From: Candidatus Saccharimonadota bacterium
GTDB lineage: Bacteria; Pseudomonadota; Gammaproteobacteria; Enterobacterales; Enterobacteriaceae
Direction: 5' to 3'
NCBI RefSeq assembly: GCF_000973505.1
Contig: NZ_CP010048.1
Coordinates: 630,001 to 662,000, forward strand
Length of the DNA: 32,000 nucleotides
The notes beneath the pieces were generated by a model. The model did no database searches. It saw nothing but the letters and a program-made list of their open reading frames with translations, and was not told the DNA's origin. Made by a program: the position numbers and the translations under genes. Of the stretch, positions 10,832 to 21,303 are shown piece by piece (the stretch's first letter is position 1; each line of letters begins with the position of its first letter).

Positions 10832-11017
10832 TTTAAAATTATTAAAAATTTGTCAAAATACAATGCAAAACCTATCGGTATCAAGCTAGCAAAAATTCAG
10901 TATTATTTCATTACTCTTAAATTAATACAATGATTTTACAAAACAAAAAATTTATTCCAAAAAACATCTCATTTCACTACACAAAAAATACATCTACTAC
11001 ACAAGCTTATAAATTAA
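10832..11017 (+). pseudogene. nadK: Possible relic of NAD kinase (nadK), interrupted by stops
   Basis: Frame 2 gives FKIIKNLSKYNAKPIGIKLAKIQYYFITLKLIQ*FYKTKNLFQKTSHFTTQKIHLLHKLIN*. Two collinear in-frame blocks resemble remembered E. coli NadK. LSKYNAKPIGI matches LARYDIKVIGI, and SHFTTQKIHLLHKLI matches GHYISEKRFLLEAQV. Strand and distance from the divergent grpE fit the E. coli grpE-nadK arrangement. The similarity is weak. Confidence 0.3.
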
Positions 11018-11337
11018 ACTTAAAATAATAAATGATCCATACTTAAAATAAAATAACACACATAATAAAATGCAAAATATCCGCAGATAAAATTTTCATT
11101 TTGTATAACCATAAAAAATAATACAAAAATATTACAATCAAAAACTTGTAATATTTACCATTATAACCTGCAATAACACCAAAAAAAATACCCCATAATA
11201 TACCAAACAACACAAACAAAACAACACAACATAATATATTAAAACAAAAATATTATGTTATAATCTACTCATAATTATAATATAAAAACTAACAATTTTC
11301 TCAATATACACATCACAATAATCATATCATTAAATAT

Positions 11338-11670
11338 ATGAACCAAAAACACTCAAGCAAAATAATTATGTTCTTATTTTTAATAAATACCACCAACTGC
11401 TCTATATACGATAATATTCCTCATCAACATACTATTCATCATGGCAATTATATAAATACAACGGATTTGATAAAAATACATGTTGGCATGAAAAAACAAC
11501 TAATATTTTCCATTTTAGGAACACCAATACTACATGATCCATTTGGATCAAATAGATATTATTATATATCTTATAAAACATCTAATTATAAAAAAACCAA
11601 ACAGAACACATTTACATTAACATTTAATAATCACGATACACTTACTGCAATCGATTATGAAACCTTATAA
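11338..11670 (+). CDS. bamE: Outer membrane protein assembly factor BamE (SmpA)
   Basis: 110 aa with an N-terminal hydrophobic signal ending in Cys. HHGNYINTTDLIKIHVGMKKQLIFSILGTPILHDPFGSN and QNTFTLTFNNHDTLTAID are collinear with E. coli BamE. Confidence 0.85.
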   Translation: MNQKHSSKIIMFLFLINTTNCSIYDNIPHQHTIHHGNYINTTDLIKIHVGMKKQLIFSILGTPILHDPFGSNRYYYISYKTSNYKKTKQNTFTLTFNNHDTLTAIDYETL

Positions 11671-11725
11671 AACAACCTTAAAATCACAAAAAAACCAACA
11701 CATAAACATCTAATTTTCTAAATTT

Positions 11726-12184
11726 TTAATAATAAAAACGATCAGAACACTTATATATTATATTAGCCCTTACAATAAATGATTGAATTACATCATCAAC
11801 AACCTCTTTAACTATAAAATTAAATATCTTCTCAAGATACTTTTGATGAAATTCATAACAAAAAAAACATTCTATCTTGGTCATTTTTTCCGTAAGAGAT
11901 ATAAAAGTCCAACTTCCAAACAACGACTTAAATGGCCCATCTATTAAATGTATCATAATACTTTTATTTTTAATCATAAAATTACGAGTAATAAATGACT
12001 GATTGATACCAAATTTAAATACATCTATTTTAGCAGTTAATTCATAATCATTGCTGATTAACACACAACTATAAACACATCCAGGAATAAAATCAGAATA
12101 GGCAGAAATATCATTAACTAAATTAAACATTTGCTCTCTAGTATAAGGAACAACTATAGCATTTTCCGTATTAAACATAAACAC
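11726..12184 (-). CDS. ratA: SRPBCC-fold protein RatA/PasT (YfjG, Coq10-like)
   Basis: VPYTREQMFNLVNDISAYSDFIPGC, FITRN and LIDGPFKSLFGSWTF match E. coli RatA. It has the same position and orientation between bamE and smpB. The start could be either of the first two ATGs. Confidence 0.85.
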   Translation of the reverse strand: MFMFNTENAIVVPYTREQMFNLVNDISAYSDFIPGCVYSCVLISNDYELTAKIDVFKFGINQSFITRNFMIKNKSIMIHLIDGPFKSLFGSWTFISLTEKMTKIECFFCYEFHQKYLEKIFNFIVKEVVDDVIQSFIVRANIIYKCSDRFYY

Positions 12185-12325
12185 ATTCTTTACTTTTATG
12201 TAATTTATTACTTACACCACACACATTAATTATAATGAAGTTTTGTAAAATTTACTATAAAATATTATATACTAAATATTATAATTGATCTTATTATTAA
12301 GATACGATATGGCAATCACTTAAAC

Positions 12326-12769
12326 ATGCATAAAAAAATTATACAAAATAAATACGCAAACTATCAATACTTTATCATAAAGAAATTAGAAGCAGGAATT
12401 TCACTACAAGGATGGGAAGTAAAAGCAATACGTGCTAAAAAAATAGAAATCAATCACGCATACATTTTTATAAAAAACAATGAAGCATATACATCAAATA
12501 TTATTATCCATCCCATAACTACAGCATCTTCACATATACAACATGATATTTCACGACATCGAAAATTATTATTAAAAAAAAATGAACTACACTTATTATC
12601 TAAAGAAAATAATAATTTTAAATACACTATTATCCCGTTAGAATTATATTGGAAAAATCAATGGATAAAAATCAGTATTGGAATTGGTAAAGGGAAAAAA
12701 CAATACGATAAACGTGCAGAAATAAAAAAACGTGAATGGTTGCTTGACAAAAACAAAGTTTTATTTTAG
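12326..12769 (+). CDS. smpB: SsrA-binding protein
   Basis: LEAGISLQGWEVKAIRA, RHRKLLLKKNE and LELYWKNQWIKISIGIGKGKKQYDKRAEIKKREW match SmpB. It lies immediately upstream of ssrA. Confidence 0.93.
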   Translation: MHKKIIQNKYANYQYFIIKKLEAGISLQGWEVKAIRAKKIEINHAYIFIKNNEAYTSNIIIHPITTASSHIQHDISRHRKLLLKKNELHLLSKENNNFKYTIIPLELYWKNQWIKISIGIGKGKKQYDKRAEIKKREWLLDKNKVLF

Positions 12770-12822
12770 ACTTCCCGCTTGTATTGGATTTAAAGCGATA
12801 TATTAAAATTATCATAAAATAT

Positions 12823-13263
12823 GGGGCTGAATACAGGATTCGACGGGGTTTTATAACATTTTAAGTGCATGTCGAGGTGAGCAGGACTCGTAAAAAGCTC
12901 AAAAAAATAATTGCAAAAAATAATGTAAAATATGAACCTGTTGCTTTAGCAGCTTAAAATCAGGTTAAAAACTGAAGGTTCCTTCTTGGTTTAAGTTATG
13001 TGCTCTAAAACTTAACATTTAAGTATTTTTTTAAAGATTTTTCTGCAAAAAAATACAAACAAGAAGTCATGTTAGAGTGAGAATTGCCACTTTTCTGTTA
13101 TCCTAGACAATTAAAGTGTATATCTATATTATATTAATTATAGGATTTTTATTAGAAAAAAGTTCATTGGAAACTAATAAAAAATAAAAATTAAATGAAC
13201 TAAACATGTAGTACTAGAGATGATTAAAAATTGCGGACGCGGGTTCGAAACCCGCCAGCTCCA
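12823..13263 (+). ncRNA. ssrA: tmRNA (SsrA), about 441 nt, tag ORF 12913-12957
   Basis: The 5' GGGGCTGAATACAGGATTCGACGGGG and 3' GCGGACGCGGGTTCGAAACCCGCCAGCTCCA form an acceptor stem with the G3-U pair. The tag frame gca aaa aat aat gta aaa tat gaa cct gtt gct tta gca gct taa gives AKNNVKYEPVALAA. The internal CTAAACATGTAGTAC block matches E. coli tmRNA. CCA is not encoded (the next bases are atc). Confidence 0.93.
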
Positions 13264-13586
13264 ATCAAAAATAACATACACACAATAACAACACGAATTA
13301 ATTACATAACCAATCACAATAATTAAAAATACAATTTTTTTTAATAATCAAAAAACTATAAAAAAATTACTACTCATTCATTATTAATAATAATTAATAA
13401 TATTACATATATACACTTCCTATTAAGTAATAATACACAAAAACAAACAACTATCTAAAAAAAACCACAAACCACCACATCGCTTCACTCATAAAATAAA
13501 AATATAAAACCTATGTTTCACAAAAAATAGTGATGGTAACATCTAAATACATACATTCAAATATGCCAGAAAATTAAATAAATACC

Positions 13587-13916
13587 ATGGCTTATCTCTA
13601 TTTACTCATTGCCATTATCGCAGAAGTCATTGCTACTACATCTCTTAAAGCTTCATGGGGATTTAGCAAAATATATCCATCAATAATAGTAATCATTGGT
13701 TATGCAATATCATTCATACTATTATCATTAGCATTAAAAACCATCCCTATAGGGATAGCTTATGCTTATTGGGCAGGATTAGGCATCATATTCATAACTA
13801 TTATTGGATATCTTGTATACAAACAAACACTAGATACTTTCGCAATAATTGGAATTAGCTTAATCATTATAGGCATGCTAATGATAAACCTACTATCAAA
13901 AACAATAAAATATTAA
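13587..13916 (+). CDS. Small multidrug resistance (SMR) family transporter, EmrE-like
   Basis: 109 aa with four predicted TM segments. The Glu14 motif AIIAEVIATTSLK is present, as are IPIGIAYAYWAGLGI (Tyr60/Trp63 equivalents) and AIIG...INLLS. By recollection it is closer to EmrE than to MdtI, MdtJ or SugE. Confidence 0.85.
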   Translation: MAYLYLLIAIIAEVIATTSLKASWGFSKIYPSIIVIIGYAISFILLSLALKTIPIGIAYAYWAGLGIIFITIIGYLVYKQTLDTFAIIGISLIIIGMLMINLLSKTIKY

Positions 13917-13961
13917 TTATAATATTATAATATCTGAAATTAATATATTCAATATTCAATA

Positions 13962-14534
13962 ATGAACAACAAAGAAAACTACCCACTCAAATATCACGAT
14001 ATTAGATTACGACCATTAGAACGTGAAGATTTACACTTTATTCATAAAATAAACAATAATGAAACAATAATGAAATATTGGTTTGAAGAACCACATGAAG
14101 CATACGTTGAATTAAAAGATATTTACCATAAAAACATACATAATATAAATGAAAGAAGATTTATCATCGACAAAAAAAACACAAATATCGGATTAGTAGA
14201 ACTAGTAGACATCAATCATATTCATCGAAGAGCTGAGTTTTCATTATTAATAGCTCCTGAACATCAGGGAAAAGGATATGCTAGTATTGCTACATATCTA
14301 GCATTGAATTTTGGATTTATGGTGCTGAATCTACATAAATTATATCTAATAGTAGATGAAGAAAATATCAAAGCAATTCACATTTACAAAAAATTAGGAT
14401 TCAAAGAAGAAGGTAAATTATTAAAAGAATTTTTTATCAACGGAAAATATAGAAATACATTACGCATGTATATCTTCCAAAATAAATATCGGACAACATA
14501 CTCTACATTAAAATTAAATTTACATAATATATAA
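13962..14534 (+). CDS. speG: Spermidine N1-acetyltransferase
   Basis: [82 protein letters not shown] and FFINGKYRN are near-collinear with E. coli SpeG. Confidence 0.92.
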   Translation: MNNKENYPLKYHDIRLRPLEREDLHFIHKINNNETIMKYWFEEPHEAYVELKDIYHKNIHNINERRFIIDKKNTNIGLVELVDINHIHRRAEFSLLIAPEHQGKGYASIATYLALNFGFMVLNLHKLYLIVDEENIKAIHIYKKLGFKEEGKLLKEFFINGKYRNTLRMYIFQNKYRTTYSTLKLNLHNI

Positions 14535-14544
14535 AAATTTTTTT

Positions 14545-15939
14545 ATGATCATAATAAATAACCAACAAAACATATTTCACAATAAACATGAACAATATCT
14601 TGCATCATTACCAAAAATTGCACACCATGCCAAAGATATTCATATCATACATTCTCCAAAAGAATTTAAAATTAAGCTTCTTAATATAATAAAAAACGCA
14701 AAAAATCATATTTATTTAACCACGCTATACTTAGAACAGGACCAAGCGGGTAAAGAAATACTAAATACTCTTTTTCAAACAAAAAAAAATCAACAAACAC
14801 TTAAAATTATAATATTAGTAGATTGGCACAGAGCACAACGTGGAAGAATTGGAACACGTAATCTTTTAAATACCACCAATACAACAACAAATGCAGACTG
14901 GTACTATGACATAACTAAAAATAACCCAAACATCCACATTCCAATATATGGAATTCCAATTAATATTCAAGAAGTATTAGGAGTATTACACTTAAAAGGA
15001 TTTATTATTGATAATACAGTAATTTATAGCGGTGCTAATATCAATAACGTATACTTACACCAAGAAAACAAATATCGATATGATCGATATCATATTATTC
15101 ACAATCATTTGTTAGCTAACACAATGATCAACTATCTAAAGCAACATATACTACACACACCAATAATATACCAACTAAACCAAACAAAAAAAACAAAAAA
15201 AATAAAAATTAAACATAATCAAATACGACTATTTCGACAATCTCTAAAAAAAGCTAATTATTCTTACCAAAATAACCAATACATGCAACATGAACTAACA
15301 ATTACTCCTATTGCAGGAGTAGGTAAAAAAAACCTTGTTAATCAAACAATTCATCACCTTATTTGTTCAACAAAAAATAAAATCATTATTTGTACACCAT
15401 ATTTTAACATATCAAAACTAATAATGCACAATATATTAAACTTGCTGCAAAAAGGAAAAAATATTGAAATCATAGTAGGTGATAAAACAGCAAACGATTT
15501 TTATGCATCCGAACATCAAACATTTAACATTATTAATATCTTACCATATCTATATGAAATAAACTTACGATCTTTTCTTAAAAAATTACAAATTTATCTC
15601 GATAACAAACAATTAACCGTAAAAATATGGAAGCACGTAAATAATGGATACCACTTGAAGGGTATATGGGTTGATCAAGAATGGCAACTACTTACTAGCA
15701 ACAACCTCAACCCTAGAGCATGGAACTTAGATCTAGAAAACGCAATATTAATACATGACCCTAAAAAAATTCTACTACAAAAAACATTTAAAGAACTAAA
15801 TCACATTTACAAATACACTACGATAACGACTCACTATACCAAATTACAAGATATTAACGATTATCCACCTACAATACGTAAACTTATAAAAAAAATCAAA
15901 TATACCCATCTTGATAAAATAATTAACAAATTTTTCTAA
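14545..15939 (+). CDS. pssA: CDP-diacylglycerol-serine O-phosphatidyltransferase (PLD-type phosphatidylserine synthase)
   Basis: LYLEQD, VDWHRAQRGRIG, two HKD motifs (GVLHLKGFIIDN and YHLKGIWVDQ), GDKTANDFY and NLNPRAWNLDLENAILIHDP match E. coli PssA. It starts 10 nt after the speG stop. Confidence 0.93.
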   Translation: MIIINNQQNIFHNKHEQYLASLPKIAHHAKDIHIIHSPKEFKIKLLNIIKNAKNHIYLTTLYLEQDQAGKEILNTLFQTKKNQQTLKIIILVDWHRAQRGRIGTRNLLNTTNTTTNADWYYDITKNNPNIHIPIYGIPINIQEVLGVLHLKGFIIDNTVIYSGANINNVYLHQENKYRYDRYHIIHNHLLANTMINYLKQHILHTPIIYQLNQTKKTKKIKIKHNQIRLFRQSLKKANYSYQNNQYMQHELTITPIAGVGKKNLVNQTIHHLICSTKNKIIICTPYFNISKLIMHNILNLLQKGKNIEIIVGDKTANDFYASEHQTFNIINILPYLYEINLRSFLKKLQIYLDNKQLTVKIWKHVNNGYHLKGIWVDQEWQLLTSNNLNPRAWNLDLENAILIHDPKKILLQKTFKELNHIYKYTTITTHYTKLQDINDYPPTIRKLIKKIKYTHLDKIINKFF

Positions 15940-16021
15940 AACAATAACTATTTACACAGTAATAATACCACAAATTCAATTTTATTTTATTATTAAACCC
16001 CACCCATAAATATACAACAAA

Positions 16022-16040
16022 TCAAATACTTCAGGTATTG
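16022..16040 (-). promoter_or_regulatory. 3' strand of the putative 23S precursor processing stem (RNase III-type)
   Basis: The minus-strand caatacctgaagtatttga, immediately 3' of mature 23S, is complementary to tcaaatatttgaggattg, immediately 5' of 23S (19012-19029). About 16 of 19 positions pair, with one bulge. Confidence 0.5.
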
Positions 16041-16041
16041 T

Positions 16042-19008
<2,967 letters not shown>

Positions 19009-19011
19009 TCA

Positions 19012-19029
19012 CAATCCTCAAATATTTGA
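19012..19029 (-). promoter_or_regulatory. 5' strand of the putative 23S precursor processing stem
   Basis: See 16022-16040. This is an inverted repeat bracketing the mature 23S ends. Confidence 0.5.
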
Positions 19030-19083
19030 CTATTACTATATATTTAAATAAGTCAGTTAATTGAATACCCTTCATTATCCATA

Positions 19084-19096
19084 TTGTTAAAGAACA
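19084..19096 (-). promoter_or_regulatory. Spacer boxA antitermination element
   Basis: The minus strand reads TGTTCTTTAACAA, a 12/13 match to the E. coli rrn boxA TGCTCTTTAACAA. It lies between tRNA-Glu and 23S, as in E. coli spacers. Confidence 0.65.
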
Positions 19097-19146
19097 CACT
19101 ACAAAAACAACCAAAAAATAAATTAACAAAAATAATTTTCTCAAAA

Positions 19147-19219
19147 TGTCCCCTAGGGGCTTCGAACCCCTGTTGCCGCCGTGAAAGGGCAGTGTCCTAA
19201 ACCACTAGACGAAGGGGAC
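19147..19219 (-). tRNA. tRNA-Glu (anticodon UUC), CCA not encoded
   Basis: The minus strand reads GTCCCCTTCGTCTAGTGGTTTAGGACACTGCCCTTTCACGGCGGCAACAGGGGTTCGAAGCCCCTAGGGGAC plus A. It is nearly identical to E. coli tRNA-Glu2 and is followed by ttt rather than CCA. Confidence 0.95.
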
Positions 19220-19245
19220 GAATTAAAAAAATATATAAAACAAAC

Positions 19246-19265
19246 AAGATAATTGATGTGAACAC
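19246..19265 (-). promoter_or_regulatory. 3' strand of the putative 16S precursor processing stem (RNase III-type)
   Basis: The minus-strand gtgttcacatcaattatctt lies 30-49 nt after the 16S 3' end. It pairs with aagataatttatgtgggcac (20971-20990) at 17 Watson-Crick pairs plus 2 G-U out of 20. Distances resemble the E. coli -115/+33 RNase III sites. Confidence 0.6.
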
Positions 19266-19294
19266 TATAGAAACCATTAGTCGAACTTAAATTA

Positions 19295-20873
<1,579 letters not shown>

Positions 20874-20970
20874 TAAACAAAACACCTAAAGATAGATTTC
20901 TTAATACACTAACCTTGATATCTACCTATAATATACCTACATTATGATATATCGATTTTGGTCTCAAATA

Positions 20971-20990
20971 GTGCCCACATAAATTATCTT
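20971..20990 (-). promoter_or_regulatory. 5' strand of the putative 16S precursor processing stem
   Basis: See 19246-19265. It lies about 100-118 nt upstream of the mature 16S 5' end. Confidence 0.6.
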
Positions 20991-21005
20991 AAATAAACAA
21001 CCAAA

Positions 21006-21018
21006 TTATTAAAGAACA
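21006..21018 (-). promoter_or_regulatory. Leader boxA antitermination element
   Basis: The minus strand reads TGTTCTTTAATAA, an 11/13 match to the boxA consensus. It sits between the candidate promoter and the 16S processing stem, as in E. coli rrn leaders. Confidence 0.55.
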
Positions 21019-21062
21019 ACGCAACTACTAACTTAAAAATATTAAAATTACTACTCTGACGC

Positions 21063-21091
21063 AATATACTTAATATTACATATTCAGTCAA
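21063..21091 (-). promoter_or_regulatory. Candidate rrn promoter TTGACT-17 nt-TATATT with GCG discriminator
   Basis: The minus strand reads ataattatgTTGACTgaatatgtaatattaagTATATTgcgtcagagtag. It lies about 185 nt upstream of mature 16S, with an A/T-rich tract upstream of the -35. The G/C-containing hexamer and the gcgtc just after the -10 stand out in this AT-rich spacer. Confidence 0.5.
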
Positions 21092-21303
21092 CATAATTAT
21101 GAATATTTTTAGCATGTGTCTATTAAAACTAACAATACTTTTTAACAATAATTAAAAATAAAATTTTAAATGCACATTTTTATTTAATAAACATAAAAAT
21201 AATCCTTTAAAAATATTAAATAAATAGTAATATTAATTTATTTTAAAAATATATATTATCTAATATAAAAATACAAAAATCATACACCTTATAGGTCTTA
21301 TTT

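Noticed and set aside
11167-11205. A third possible NadK block (AITPKK versus ISTPTG) in a different frame of the grpE-bamE spacer.
   Set aside because: Only the Thr-Pro dipeptide really matches and the following residues do not align. It does not add support beyond chance.
12770-12822. Candidate ssrA promoter hexamers (ttgtat, ttggat, taaaat) between smpB and the tmRNA.
   Set aside because: No -35/-10 pair has acceptable 16-18 nt spacing, and A/T hexamers are abundant here.
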